Source of the DNA: Centroscyllium fabricii | Taxonomy: Eukaryota | Assembly: GCA_051313645.2 (NCBI GenBank) | Contig: JBNRSN020000089.1 | Location: forward strand, 2,728,001 to 2,792,000 | Direction of reading: 5' to 3' | DNA: 64,000 nt | In this document: in pieces, positions 42,401 to 59,589 of the stretch | Layout of the letters: the number at the start of each line of letters is the position of its first letter | Numbering within the stretch: position 1 is the first letter of the stretch | Program-made: the position numbers and the translations under genes | The notes under the pieces: generated by a model | Databases searched by the model: none | Seen by the model: only the letters and a program-made list of their open reading frames with translations | Told to the model about the DNA's origin: nothing

Positions 42401-45400
42401 TACATCAGACATTGTCCGTCTTTGTCCAATATATCAGACAATGTCCATCTGTGAACAATACATCAGACAATGTCCATCTGTGTACAATACATCAGACAAT
42501 GTCCATCTGTGAACAATACATCAGACAATATCCATCTGTGTACAATGCATCAGACAATGTCCATCTGTGAACAATATATCAGACAATGTCCATATGTGAA
42601 CAAGACATCAGACATTGTCCATCTGTGAACAACACATCAGACAATATCCATCTGTGTACAATACATCAGACAATGTCCATCTGTGTACAATCCATCATAC
42701 AATATCCATCTGTGTACAATACATCAGAGAATGTCAATCTGTGTACAGTACGTCGGACAATATATATCTGTGAACAATACATCAGACAATGTCCATCTGT
42801 GTACAATATATCAGATATTATCCATCTGTGTACAATACATCAGAAAATGTCCATCTGTGTACAATGCATCAGACAATGTCCATCTGTGAACAATACTTCA
42901 GACAATATCAATCTGTGTAGAAAATATCAGACATTGTCCTTCTGTGTACAATACATCAGACAATGTCCATCTGTGATCAATACATCAGACAATGTCCATC
43001 TGGGAACAATACATCAGAAAATGTCCATCTGTGAACAATACATAAGAAAATATCCATCTGTGTACAGTACATCAGACAATGTCCATCTGTGTACAATACA
43101 TCAAAAAATGTCCATCTGTGAACAATACATAAGACTTTATCCATCTGTATACAATACATCAGACATTATCCATCTGTGTACAATACATCAGACATTATCC
43201 AGCTGTGAACAATACATCAGACAATATCCATCTGTGTACAATACGTCAGACAAATGTCCGTCTGTTTACAATACATCAGACAATATCCATCTGTGTAAAA
43301 TACATCAGACAATGTCCATCTGTGTACAATACATCAGACAATATCCATCTGTGAATAATACATCAGAAAATGTCCATCTGTGTACAATAATTCAGACATT
43401 ATCCATCTGTGTACAATACATCAGAAAATATCCATCTGTGTACAATACATCATACAATGTCCATCTGTGTACAATACATCAGAAAATATTTATCTGTGAA
43501 CAATATATCAGAAAATGTCCATCTGTGCACAATACATAAGACATTATCAATCTGAGTACAATACATCAGACATTATCCATCTGTGTAGAATACATCAGAC
43601 AATATCCGTCTGTGAATAATACATCAGACAATGTCCATCTGTGTACAATACATCAGACATTGTCCGTCTGTGTACAATACATCAGACAAAGTCCATTTGA
43701 GAACAATACATCAGAAAATGTCCATTTGTGTACAATACATCAGACAATGTCCATCTGTGAACAATACATCAGACAATATCCATCTGTGTTCAATACATCA
43801 GACAATGTCCATCTGTGAACAATACATCAGACAATGTCCATCTGTGAACAATACATCAGACATTGTCCATCTGTGTACAATACATCAGACATTGTCCATC
43901 TGTGAACAATACATCAGACATTATCCATCTGTGTACAACACATCTGACAATATCCATCTGTGAACAATACATCAGAAAATGTCCATCTGTGAACAATACA
44001 TAAGACATTATCCATCTGTGTACAATACATCAGACATTATCCATCTGTGAACAATACATCAGATAATATCCATCTGTGTACAATACATCAGACAAATGTC
44101 CATCTGTGTACAATACATCAGACAATATTCATCAGTGTACAATACATCAGACAATGTCCATCTTTGTACAATACATCAGACAATATCCTTCAGTGTAAAC
44201 TACATCAGACAATGTCCATCTGTGTACAATACATCAGACAATATCCATCTGTGTACAAAACATCAGACATTGTCCATCTGTGTACAATACATCAGACAAT
44301 ATCCATCTGTGTACAATACATCAGACATTGTCCGTCTTTGTCCAATATATCAGACAATGTCCATCTGTGAACAATACATCAGACAATGTCCATCTGTGTA
44401 CAATACATCAGACAATGTCCATCTGTGAACAATACATCAGACAATATCCATCTGTGTACAATGCATCAGACAATGTCCATCTGTGAACAATATATAAGAC
44501 AATGTCCATACGTGAACAAAACATCAGATATTGTCCATCTGTGTACAAAACATCAGAGAATGTCAATCTGTGTACAGTACGTTGGACAATATCTATCTGT
44601 GAACAATACTTCAGACAATGTCCATCTGTGTACAATATATCAGATATTATCCATCTGTGTACAATACATCAGAAAATGTCCATCTGTGTACAATGCATCA
44701 GACAATGTCCATCTTTGAACAATACTTCACACAATATCAATCTGTGTACAAAACATCAGACATTGTCCTTCTGTGTACAATACATCAGACAATGTCCATC
44801 TGTGATCAATACATCAGACAATGTCCATCTGGGAATAATACATCAGAAAATGTCCATCTGTGAACAATACATTAGAAAATATCCATCTGTGTACAGTACA
44901 CCAGACAATGTCCATCTGTGTACAATACATCAGAAAATGTACATCTGTGAACAATACATAAGACATTATCCATCTGTATACAATACATCAGACATTATCC
45001 ATCTGTGTACAATACATCAGACATTATCCACCTGTGAACAATACATCAGACAATATCCATCTGTGTACAATACATCAGACAAATCTCCGTCTGTTTACAA
45101 TATATCAGACAATATCCATCTGTGTAAAATACATCAGACAATGTCCATCTGTGTACAATACATCAGACAATATCCATCTGTGAACAACACATCAGAAAAT
45201 GTCCGTCTGTGCACAATACATAAGTCATTATCAATCTGTGTACAATACATCAGACAATATCCATCTGTGTACAATACATCAGACAAATTTCCGTCTGTTT
45301 ACAATACATCAGACAATATCCATCTGTGTAAAATACATCAGACAATGTCCATCTGTGTACAATACATCAGACAATATCCATCTGTGAATAATACATCAGA

Positions 45401-48400
45401 AAATGTCCATCTGTGTACAATAATTCAGACATTATCCATCTGTGTACAATACATCAGAAAATATCCATCTGTGTACAATACATCATACAATGTCCATCTG
45501 TGTACAATACATCAGAAAATATTTATCTGTGAACAATATATCAGAAAATGTCCATCTGTGCCCAATACATAAGACATTATCAATCTGAGTACAATACATC
45601 AGACATTATCCATCTGTGTAGAATACATCAGACAATATCCGTCTGTGAATAATACATCAGACAATGTCCATCTGTGTACAATACATCAGACACTGTCCGT
45701 CTGTGTACAATACATCAGACAAAGACCATTTGAGAACAATACATCAGAAAATGTCCATTTGTGTACAATACATCAGACAATGTCCATCTGTGAACAATAC
45801 ATCAGACAATATCCATCTGTGTACAATACATCAGACAATGTCCATCTGTGAACAATATATCAGACAATGTCCATCTGTGAACAATACATCAGACATTGTC
45901 CATCTGTGTACAATACATCAGACATTGTCCATTTGTGAACAATACATCAGACATTATCCATCTGTGTACAACACATCTGACAATATCCATCTGTGTACAA
46001 TACATCAGAAAATGTCCATTTGTGAACAATACATAAGACATTATCCATCTGTGTACAATACATCAGACATTATCCATCTGTGAACAATACATCAGATAAT
46101 ATCCATCTGTGTACAATACATCAGACAAATGTCCATCTGTGTACAATACATCAGACAATATCCATCAGTGTACAATACATCAGACAATGTCCATCTGTGT
46201 ACAATACATCAGAAAATATCCATCAGTGTAAAATACATCAGACAATGTCCATCTGTGTACAATACATCAGACAATATCCATCTGTGAACAATACATCAGA
46301 AAATGTCCGTCTGTTCACAATACATAAGTCATTATCAATCTGTGTACAATACATCAGACATTATGCATCTGTGTACAATACATCAGACAATATCCATCTG
46401 TGAATAATAAATCAGAAAATGTCCATCTGTGTACAATAATTCAGACGTTATCCATCTGTGTACAATACATCAGAAAATATCCTTCTGTGTACAATACATC
46501 AGAAAATGTCCATCTGTGAACAATACATAAGACATTATCCATCTGTGTACAATACATCAGACATTATCCATCTGTGAACAATACATCAGATAATATCCAA
46601 CTGTGTACAATATATCAGACAAATGTCCATCTGTGTACAATACATCAGACAATATCCATCAGTGTACAATACATCAGACAATGTCCATCTGTGTACAATA
46701 CATCAGACAATATCTATCTATGAACAATATATCAGAAAATGTCCATCTGTGCACAATACATAAGATATTATCAAACTGAGTACAATATATCAGACATTAT
46801 CCATCTGTGTAGAATACATCAGACAATATCCATCTGTGAATAATACATCAGACAATGTCCATCTGAGTACAATTCTTCAGACAATATCATTCAGTGTACA
46901 ATACATCAGAGAATGTCGACCTGTGTACAGTACATCGGACAATATCTATCTGTGAACAATACATCAGACAATGTCCATCTGTGTACAATACATCATACAA
47001 TATCCATCTGTGTACAATACATCAGACAATATCCATCTGCGAACAATACATCAGACAATGTCCATCTGTGTACAATACATCAGACAATGTCCATCTGTGT
47101 ACAATACATCAGACAATATGCATCTGTGTACAATACATCAGACAATGTCCATCTGTGTACAATACATCAGACAATTTCCATCTGTGAACAATACATCAGA
47201 AAATATCCATATGTGTACAATACATCAGACAATGTCCATCTGTGAACAATACATCAGACAATGTCCGTCTGTGTACAATACATCAGACGTTGTCCATCTG
47301 TGTACAATATATCAGACATAATCCATCTGCGTACAATACATCAGAAAATGTCCATCTGTGTATAATGCATCAGACAATGTCCGTCTGCGAACAATACATC
47401 AGACAATATCCATCTGTGTACAATACATCAGACATTGTCCATCTGTGTACAATACATCAGACAATATCCATCTGTGTACAATACATCAGACATTGTCCGT
47501 CTTTGTACAATATATCAGACAATGTCCATCTGTGAACAATACATCAGACAATGTCCATCTGTGTACAATACATCAGACAATGTCCATCTGTGAACAATAC
47601 ATCAGACAATATCCATCTGTGTACAATGCATCAGACAATGTCCATCTGTGAACAATATATCAGACAATGTCCATCTGTGAACAATACATCAGACATTGTC
47701 CATCTGTGTACATCACATCAGACAATATCCATCTGTGTACAATACATCAGACAATGTCCATCTGTGTACAATACATCAGACAATATCCATCTGTGTACAA
47801 TACATCAGAGAATGTCCATCTGTGTACAGTACGTCGGACAATATCTATCTGTGAACAATATATCAGACAATGTCCATCTGTGTACAATATATCAGATATT
47901 ATCCATCTGTGTACAATACATCAGAAAATGTCCTTCTGTGTACAATGCATCAGACAATGTCCATCTGTGAACAATACATAGACAATATCAATCTGTGTAC
48001 AAAACATCATACATTGTCCTTCTGTGTACAATACATCAGACAATATCCATCTGTGATCAATACATCAGACAATGACCTTCTGGGAACAGTACATCAGAAA
48101 ATGTCCATCTGTGAACAATATTTAAGAAAATATCCATCTGTGTACAGTACATCAGACAATGTCCATCTGTGTACAATACATCAGAAAATGTCCATCTGTG
48201 AACAAAACATAAGACATTATCCATCTGTATACAATACATCAGACATTATCCATCTGTGTACAATACATCAGACATTATCCACCTTTGAACAATACATCAG
48301 ACAATATCCATCTGTGTACAATACATCAGAAAAAATGTCCGTCTGTTTACAATACATCAGACAATATCCATCTGTGTAAAATACATCAGACAATGTCCAT

Positions 48401-51400
48401 CTGCGTACAAAACATCAGACAATATCCGTCTGTGAACAATACATCAGAAAATGTCCGTCTGTGCACAATACATAAGTCATTATCAATCTGTGTACAATAC
48501 ATCAGACACTATGCATCTGTGTACAATACATCAGACAATATCCATCTGTGAATAATACATCAGAAAATGTCCATCTGTGTACAATAATTCAGACATTATC
48601 CATCTGTGTACAATACTTCAGAAAATGTCCATCTGTGTACAATACATCAGATAATATCCATCTGTGTACAATACATCAGGCATTATCCATCTGTGAACAA
48701 TACATCAGACTTTATCCATCTGTGCACAATACATCAGACATGGTCCATCTGTGAACAATACATCAGACATTATCCATCTGTGTACAACACATCAGACATT
48801 ATCCATCTGTGTACAATACATCAGAAAATGTCCATCTGTGTACAATCCATCAGACAATATCCATCTGTGTACAATACATCAGAGAATGTCCATATGTGTA
48901 AAGTACATCAGGCAATATCTATCTGTGAACAGTACATCAGACAATGTCCATCTGTGTACAATACATCAGACAATATCCATCTGTGTAAAATATATCAGAC
49001 AATGTCCATCTGTGAACAATACATCAGACAATGTCCATCCGTGTACAATACATCAGACAATGTCCATCTGTGTACAATACATCAGACAATATGCATCTGT
49101 GTACAATACATCAGACAATGTCCATCTGTGTACAATACATCAGACAATTTCCATCTGTGAACAATACATCAGACAATATCCATCGGTGTACAGTACATCA
49201 GACAATGTCCATCTGTGCACAATACATCAGACAATGTCAGTCTGTGAACAATACAACAGACAATGACCGTCTGTGTACAATAGATCAGACATTGTCCATC
49301 TGTGCACAGTATATCAGATATTATCCATCTGTGTACAATACATCAGAAAATGTCCATCTGTGTACAATGCATCAGACAATGTCCATCTGTGTACAATAAA
49401 TCAGACAATATCCATCTTTGCACAAAACATCAGACATTGTTCATCAGTGTACAATAAATCAGACAATGTCAATCTGTGAACAAAACATCAGACAATATCC
49501 TTCTCTGAACAATACATCAGAGAATGTCCATCTGTGTACAATACATCAGACAATATCCATCTGTGTACAATACATCAGACATTATCCATCGGTGTACAAT
49601 ACATCAGACATTATCCATCTGTATACAATACATCAGACATTATCCATCTGTGTTCAATACATCAGACAGTATCCCTCTGTGTCCAATATATTAGACAATA
49701 ACCATCTGTGTACAATACATCAGACATTATCCGTCTGTGTACAATACATCAGAAAATGTCCATCTGTGAAAATTAAATAAGACATTATTCATCTGTGCAC
49801 AATACATCAGACATTATCCATCTGTGTACAATACATCAGACAATGTCCATCTGTGTACAATCCATCAGAAAATATCCATCTGTGTACAATACATCAGAGA
49901 ATGTCCATCTGTGTACAGTACATCAGGCAATATCTATCTGTGAACAATACATCAGACAATGTCCATCTGTGTACAATACATCAGACAATATCCATCTGTG
50001 TAAAATATATCAGACAATGTCCATCTGTGAACAATACATCAGACAATGTCCATCCTTGTACAATACATCAGACCATGTCCATCTGTGTACAATACATCAG
50101 ACAATATGCATCTGTGTACAATACAACAGACAATGTCCATCTGTGTACAATACATCAGACAATTTCCAACTGTGAACAATACATCAGACAATATCCATCG
50201 GTGTACAGTACATCAGACAATGTCCATCTGTGCACAATACATCAGACAATGTCCGTCTGTGAACAATACATCAGACAATGACAGTCTGTGTACAATACAT
50301 CAGACATTGTCCATCTGTGTACAATATATCAGACATTATCCATCTGTGTACAATACATCAGAAAATGTCCATCTGTGTACAATGCATCAGACAATGTCCA
50401 TCTGTGTACAATACATCAGACAATATCCATCTGTGCACAAAACATCAGACATTGTTCATCTGTGTACAATAAATCAGACAATGTCCATCTGTGAACAAAA
50501 CATCAGACAATATCCTTCTCTGAACATTACATCAGAGAATGTACTTCTGTGTACAATACATCAGACAATATCCATCTGTGTACAATACATCAGACATTAT
50601 TCATCTGTATACAATACATCAGACATTATCCACCTGTGTTCAATACATCAGACAGTATCCCTCTGTGACCAATACATCAGACAATAACCATCTGTGTACA
50701 ATACATCAGACATTATCCGTCTGTGTACAATACATCAGAAAATGTCCATCTGTGAACAATAATTAAGACATTATCCATCTGTGCACAATACATCAGAGAT
50801 TATCCATCTGTGAACAATACATCAGACAATATCCATCTGTGTACAATACATCAGATAAACGTCCATCTGTGTACAATACATCAGACAATATCCATCAGTG
50901 TACAATGCATCAGACAATGTCCGTCTGTCTACAATACATCAGAAAATATCCATCTGTGATCAATATATCAGAAAATGTCCATCTGTGCACAATACATATG
51001 ACATTATCAATCTGAGTACAATACATCAGACTTTATCCATCTGTGTAGAATACAACAGACAATATCCATCTGTGAATAATACATCAGACAATGTCCTTCT
51101 GTGCACAATCCATCAGACAATATCCATGTGTGTACAATACATCAGAGAATGTCCATCTGTGTACAGTACATCCGACAATATCTATCTGTGAACAATACAT
51201 CAGACAATGTCCATCTGTGTACAATAAATCAGACTATATCCATCTGTGTACAATACATCAGACAATTTCCGTCTGTGAACAATATATCAGACAATGTCGA
51301 TCTGTGTACAATACATCAGACAATGTCCATCTGTGTACAATACATCAGACAATATGCATCTGTGTAAAATACATCAGACAAAGTCCATCTGTGTACAATA

Positions 51401-54400
51401 CATCAGAAAATTTCCATCTGTGAACAATACATCAGACAATATCCATCTGTGTACAATACATCAGCCAATGTCCATCTTTGCACAATACATCAGACAATGT
51501 CCATCTGTGAACAATACATCAGACAATGTCCATCTGTGTACAATACATCAGACGTTTTCCATCTGTATACAATACATCAGACATTATCCATCTGTGTAGA
51601 ATATATCAGAAAATGTCCATCTGTGTACAATGCATCAGACAATGTCCATCTGTGAACAATATATCAGACAATATCCATCTGTGTACAAAACATCAGACAT
51701 TGTCCATCTGTGTACAATACATCAGAAATTATCCATCTTTGTACAATACATCAGACATTGTCCGACTGTGTACAATACATCAGACAATATCCATCAGTGT
51801 ACAATACATCAGATATTATCCATCGGTGTACAATACATCAGACATTATCCATCTGTATACAATACATCAGACATTATCCATCTGTGTTCAATACATCAGA
51901 CAGTATCCCTCTGTGACCAATACATCAGACAATAACCATCTGTGTGCAATTCATCAGACATTATCCGTCTGTGTACAATACATCAGAAAATGTCCATCTG
52001 TGAACAATAAATAAGAGATTATCCATCTGTGCACAATACATCAGACATTATCCATCTGTGTACAATACATTAGAAAATGTCCATCTGTGTACAATCCATC
52101 AGACAATATTCATCTGTGTACAATACATCAGAGAATGTCCAACTGTGTACAGTACATCAGGCAATATCTATCTGTGAACAATACATCAGAAAATGTCCAT
52201 CTGTGTACAATACATCAGACAATATCCATCTGTGTAAAATGTATCAGACAATGTCCATTTGTGAACAATACATCAGACAATGTCCATCCGTGTACAATAC
52301 ATCAGACAATGTCCATCAGTGTACAATACATCAGAAAATATGCATCTGTGTACAATACATCAGACAATGTCCATCTGTGTACAATACATCAGAAAATTTC
52401 CATCTGTGAACAATACATCAGACAATATCCATCGGTGTACAGTACATCAGACAATGTCCATCTGTGCACAATACATCAGACAATGTCCGTCTGTGAACAA
52501 TACATCAGACAATGACCGTCTGTGTACAATACATCAGACATTGTCCATCTGTGTACAATATATCAGACATTATCCATCTGTGCACAATACATCAGAAAAT
52601 GTCCATCTGTGTACAATGCATCAGACAATGTCCATCTGTGTACAATACATCAGACATTATCCATCGGTGTACAATACGTCAGACATTAACCATCTGTATA
52701 CAATACATCAGACATTATCCATCTGTGTTCAATACATCAGACAGTATCCCTCTGTGACCAATACATCAGAAAATAACCATCTGTGTACAATACATCAGAC
52801 ATTATCCGTCTGTGTTCAATACATCAGAAAATGTCCATCTTTGAACAATAAATAAGACATTATCCATCTGTGCACAATACATCAGACATTATCCATCTGT
52901 GAACAATACATCAGACAATATCCATCTGTGTACAATACATCAGACAAACGTCCATCTGTGTACAATACATCAGACAATATCCATCAGCGTACAATACATC
53001 AGAAAATTTCCGTCTGTGTACAATACATCAGAAAATATCCATCTGTGATCAATATATCAGAAAATGTCCATCTGTGCACAATACATAAGACATTATCAAT
53101 CTGAGTACTATACATCAGACATTATCCATCTGTGTAGAATACATCAGACAATATCCATCTGTGATTAATACATCAGACAATGGCCTTCTGTGCACAATCC
53201 ATCAGACAATATCCATGTCTGTACAATACATCAGAGAATGTCCATCTGTGTACAATACATCCGACAATATCTATCTGTGAACAATACATCAGACAATGTC
53301 CATCTGTGTAAAATACATCAGACAATATCTATCTGTGTACAATACATCAGACAATGTCCATCTGTGAACAATATATCAGACAATGTCCATCTGTGTACAA
53401 TACATCAGACAATGTCCATCTGTGTACAATACTTCAGACAATATGCATCTGTGTAAAATACATCAGATAAAATCCATCTCTGTACAATATATCAGACAAT
53501 TTCCATCTGTGAACAATACATCAGACAATATCCATCTGTGTACAATACATCAGCCAATGTCCATCTGTGCACAATACATCAGACAATGTCCATCTGTGAA
53601 CAATACATCAGAAAATGTCCATCTGTGTATAATACATCAGACGTTGTCCATCTGCTTACAATACATCAGATATTATCCATCTGTGTACAATACATCAGAA
53701 AATGTCCATCTGTGTACAATGCATCAGACAATGTCCATCTGTGAACAATATATCAGACAATATCCATCTGTGTACAAAACATCAGACATTGTCCATCTGT
53801 GTACAATACATCAGACAATATCCATCTGTGTACAATACATCAGACATTGTCCGTCTGTATACAATACATCAGACAATATCCATCTGTGTACAATACATCA
53901 GACATTATCCATCGGTGTACAATACATCAGACATTATCCATCTGTATACAATACATCAGACATTATCCATCTGTGTTCAATACATCAGACAGTATCCCTC
54001 TCTGACCAATACATCAGACAATAACCATCTGTGTACAATACATCAGACATTATCCGTCTGTGTAAAATACATCAGAAAATGTCCATCTGTGAACAATAAA
54101 TAAGACAATGTCCATCTGTGAACAATACATCCGACAATGTCCATCCGTGTACAATACATCAGACAATGTCCATCTGTGTACAATACAACAGAAAATATGC
54201 ATCTGTGTACAATACATCAGACAATGTCCATCTGTGTACAATACATCAGACAATTTCCATCTTTGAACAATACATCAGACAATATCCATCGGTGTACAGT
54301 ACATCAGACAATGTCCATCTGTGCACAATACATCAGACAATGTCCGTCTGTGAACAATACATCAGACAATGACCGTCTGTGTACAATGCATCAGACATTG

Positions 54401-54569
54401 ACCATCTGTGTACAATATATCAGACATTGTCCATCTGTGAACAATACATCAGAAAATGTCCATCTGTGTACAATGCATCAGACAATGTCCATCTGTGTAC
54501 AATACATCAGACAATATCCATCTGTACACAAAATATCAGACATTGTTCATCTGTTTACAATAAATCAGA

Positions 54570-57500
54570 CAATGTCCATCTGTGAACAAAACATCAGACA
54601 ATATCCTTCTCTGAACAATACATCAGAGAATGTCCATCTGTGTACAATACATCAGACAATATCCATCTGTGTACAATATATCAGACATTATCCATCGGTG
54701 TACAATACATCAGATATTATCCATCTGTATACAATACAACAGACATTATCCATCTGTGTTCAATACATCAGACAGTATCCCTCTGTGACCAATACATCAG
54801 AAAATAACCATCTGTGTACAATACATCAGACATTATCCGTCTGTGTACATTACATCAGAAAACATGTCCATCTGTGAACAATAAATAAGACATTATCCAT
54901 CTGTGCCCAATACATCAGACATTATCCATCTGTGAGCAATACATCAGACAATATCCATCTTTGTACAATACATCAGACAAACGTCCATCTGTGTACAATA
55001 CATCAGACAATATCCATCAGTGTACAATATATCAGACAATGTCCGCCTGTGTAAAATACATCAGAAAATATCCATCTGTGATCAATATATAAGACAATGT
55101 CCATCTGTGAACAATACATCAGACAATGTCCATCTGTGTACAATACATCAGACAATGTCCATCTGTGTACAATACATCAGACAATATGCATCTGTGTAAA
55201 ATACATCAGACAATGTCCATCTGTGTACAATACATCAGACAATGTCCATCTGTGTACAATACATCAGACAATATGCATCTGTGTAAAATACATCAGACAA
55301 TGTCCATCTGTGTACAATACATCAGCCAATGTCCATCTGTGCACAATACATCAGACAATGTCCATCTGTGAACAATACATCAGACAATGTCCATCTGTGT
55401 ACAATACATCAGACGTTGTCCATCTGTTTACAATATATCAGACATTATCCATCTGTGTACAATACATCAGAAAATGTCCATTTGTACAATGCATCAGACA
55501 ATGTCCATCTGTGAACAATATATCAGACAATATCCATCTGTGTACAAAACATCAGACATTGTCCATCTGAGTACAATACATCAGACAATATCCATCTGCG
55601 TACAATACATCAGACATTGTCCGTCTGTGTACAATACATCAGACAATGTCCATCTGTGAACAATACATCAGACAATGTCCATCTGTGTACAAAACATCAG
55701 ACAATGTCCATCTGTGAACAATACATCAGACAATATCCATCTGTGTACAATACATCAGACAATGCCCATCTGTGAACAATACATCAGAAAATGTCCATCT
55801 GTAGCAATACATCAGACATTGTCCATCTGTGTACAATACATCAGACATTGTCCATCTGTGAACAATACATCAGACATTATCCATCTGTGAACAACACATC
55901 AGACAATATCCATCTGTGTACAATACATCAGACAATGTCCATCTGTGCACAATCCATCAGACAATATCCATCTGTTTACAATACATCAGAGAATGTCCAT
56001 CTGTGTTCATTACATCGGACAATATCTATCTGTGAACAATACATCAGACAATGTCCATCTGTGTACCATACATCAGAAAATATCCATCTGTGTACAATAC
56101 ATCAGACAATATCCATCTGTGGACAACAAATCAGACAATGTCCATCTGTGTACAATACATCAGACAATGTCCATCTGTGTACAATACAGCAGACAATATG
56201 CATCTGTGTACAATACATCAGACAATGTCCATCTGTGTACAATACATCAGAAAATTTCCACCTTTGAACAATACATCAGACAATATCCATCTGTGTACAA
56301 TACATCAGCCAATGTCCATCTGTGCACAATACATAAGACAATGTCCATCTGTGAACAATACATCAGTCATTGTCCATCTGTGTACAATACATCAGACGTT
56401 GTCCATCTGTGTACAATATATCAGACTTTATACATCTGTGTACAATACATCAGAAAATGTCCATCTGTGTACAATGCATCCGACATTGTCCATCTGTGAA
56501 CAATACATCAGACAATATCCATCTGTGTACAAAACATCTGACATTGTCCATCTGTGTACAATACATCAGAAATTATCCATCTGAGTATAATACATCAGAC
56601 ATTGTCCGTCTGTGTACAATACATCAGACAATGTCCATCTGTGAACAATACATCAGACAATGTCCATCTGTGTACAATACATCAAACAATGTCCATCTGT
56701 GAACAATACATCTGACAATATCCATCTGTGTACAATACATCAGACAATGTCCATCTGTGAACAATACATCAGACAATATCCATCTGTGTACAATACATCA
56801 GCATTGTCCATCAGTGTACAATACATCAGACATTGTCCATCTGTGTACAATACATCAGACAATATCCAACTGTGTACAATATATCAGACAATGTCCATCT
56901 GTGAACAATACATCAGATAATGTCCATCTGTGTACAATACATCAGACATTATCCATCTGTGAACAATATATCAGACAAATCCATCTGTGTACAATACATC
57001 AGACAAAAGTCCATCTGTGTACAATACATCAGACAATATCCATCAGTGTACAATACATCATACAATGTCCATCTGTGAACAAAACATCAGACAATATCCT
57101 TCTCTGAACAATACATCAGAGAATGTCCATCTGTGTACAATACATCAGACAATATCCATCTGTGTACAATACATCAGACATTATCCATCGGTGTACAATA
57201 CATCAGATATTATCCATCTGTATACAATACAACAGACATTATCCATCTGTGTTCAATACATCAGACAGTATCCCTCTGTGACCAATACATCAGAAAATAA
57301 CCATCTCTGTACAATATATCAGACATTATCCGTCTGTGTACATGACATCATGAAATATGTCCATCTGTGAACAATAAATAAGACATTATCCATCTGTGCC
57401 CAATACATCAGACATTATCCATCTGTGAGCAATACATCAGACAATATCCATCTTTGTACAATACATCAGACAAACGTCCATCTGTGTACAATACATCAGA

Positions 57501-58930
57501 CAATATCCATCAGTGTACAATATATCAGACAATGTCCGCCTGTGTACAATACATCAGATAATATCCATCTGTGATCAATATATAAGACAATGTCCATCTG
57601 TGAACAATACATCAGACAATGTCCATCTGTGTACAATACATCAGACAATGTCCATCTGTGTACAATACATCAGACAATATGCATCTGTGTAAAATACATC
57701 AGACAATGTCCATCTGTGTACAATACATCAGACAATGTCCATCTGTGTACAATACATCAGACAATATGCATCTGTGTAAAATACATCAGACAATGTCCAT
57801 CTGTGTACAACACATCAGCCAATGTCCATCTGTGCACAATACATCAGACAATGTCCATCTGTGAACAATACATCAGACAATGTCCATCTGTGTACAATAC
57901 ATCAGACGTTGTCCATCTGTTTACAATATATCAGACATTATCCATCTGTGTACAATACATCAGAAAATGTCCATTTGTACAATGCATCAGACAATGTCCA
58001 TCTGTGAACAGTATATCAGACAATATCCATCTGTGTACAAAACATCAGACATTGTCCATCTGTGTACAATACATCAGACAATATCCATCTGCGTACAATA
58101 CATCAGACATTGTCCGTCTGTGTACAATACATCAGAAAATGTCCATCTGTGAACAATACATCAGACAATGTCCATCTGTGTACAAAACATCAGACAATGT
58201 CCATCTGTGAACAATACATCAGACAATATCCATCTGTGTACAATACATCAGACAATGCCCATCTGTGAACAATACATCAGAAAATGTCCATCTGTAGCAA
58301 TACATCAGACATTGTCCATCTGTGTAAATTACATCAGACATTGTCCATCTGTGAACAATACATCAGACATTATCCATCTGTGTACAAAACATCAGACAAT
58401 ATCCATCTTTGTACAATACATCAGACAATGTCCATCTGTGCACAATCCATCAGACAATATCCATCTGATTACAATACATCAGAGAATGTCCATCTGTGTT
58501 CATTACATCGGACAATATCTATCTGTGAACAATACATCAGACAATGTCCATCTGTGTACAATACATCAGAAAATATCCATCTGTGTACAATACATCAGAC
58601 AATGTCCATCTGTGGACAACAAACCAGACAATGTCCATCTGTGTACAATACATCAGACAATGTCCATCTGTGTACAATACAGCAGACAATATGCATCTGT
58701 GTACAATACATCAGACAATGTCCATCTGTGTACAATACATCAGACAATTTCCACCTTTGAACAATACATCAGACAATATCCATCTGTGTACAATACATCA
58801 GCCAATGTCCATCTGTGCACAATACATCAGACAATGTCCATCTGTGAACAATACATCAGTCATTGTCCATCTGTGTACAATACATCAGACGTTGTCCATC
58901 TGTGTACAATATATCAGACTTTATACATCT
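54570..58930 (+). repeat. 2493-bp (86-monomer) tandem duplication
   Basis: Offsets 55097->57590, 55791->58284 and 56051->58544; shared CTGTAGCAA, GTGCCCAAT and GACTTTATAC variants. Confidence 0.82.
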
Positions 58931-59589
58931 GTGAACAATACATCAGACAATGTCCATCTGTGTACAATACGTCAGAAAATGTCCATCTGTGTACAATACA
59001 TCAGACAATATGCATCTGTGTACAATATATCAGACAATGTCCATCTGTGTACAATACATCAGACAATTTCCATCTGTGAACAATACATCAGACAATATCC
59101 ATATGTGTACAATACATCAGCCAATGTCCATCTGTGCACAATACATCAGACAATGTCCATCTGTGAACAATACATCAGACAATGTCCATCTGTGTACAAT
59201 ACATCAGACGTTGTCCATCTGTGTACAATATATCAGATATAATCCATCTGTGTACAATACATCAGAAAATGTCCATCTGTGTACAATGCATCAGACAATG
59301 TCCATCTGCGAACAATACATCAGACAATATCCATCTGTGTACAAAACATCAGACATTGTCCATCTGTGTACAGTACATCAGACAATATCCATCTGTGAAC
59401 AATACATCAGACATTGTCCGTCTTTGTACAATATATCAGACAATGTCCATCTGTGAACAATATATCAGACAATGTCCATCTGTGTACAATACATCAGACA
59501 ATGTCCATCTGTGAACAATACATCAGACAATATCCATCTGTGTACAATGCATCAGACAATGTCCATCTGTGAACAATATATCTGACAAT

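Larger units (their letters stand above)
30350..49290 (+). repeat. Degenerate ~9-11-kb higher-order duplication (approx. 30.4-40.0 kb versus 40.7-49.3 kb)
   Basis: Offsets 30722->41029 and 31477->41784 (10307), 33509->43612 (10103), 35717->46894 (11177), 39258->48548 (9290). Shared rare variants CATTATCTCAG, ATATGTCAGAT, CATTTGAGAAC and AATAGATCAG occur in the same order. Confidence 0.75.
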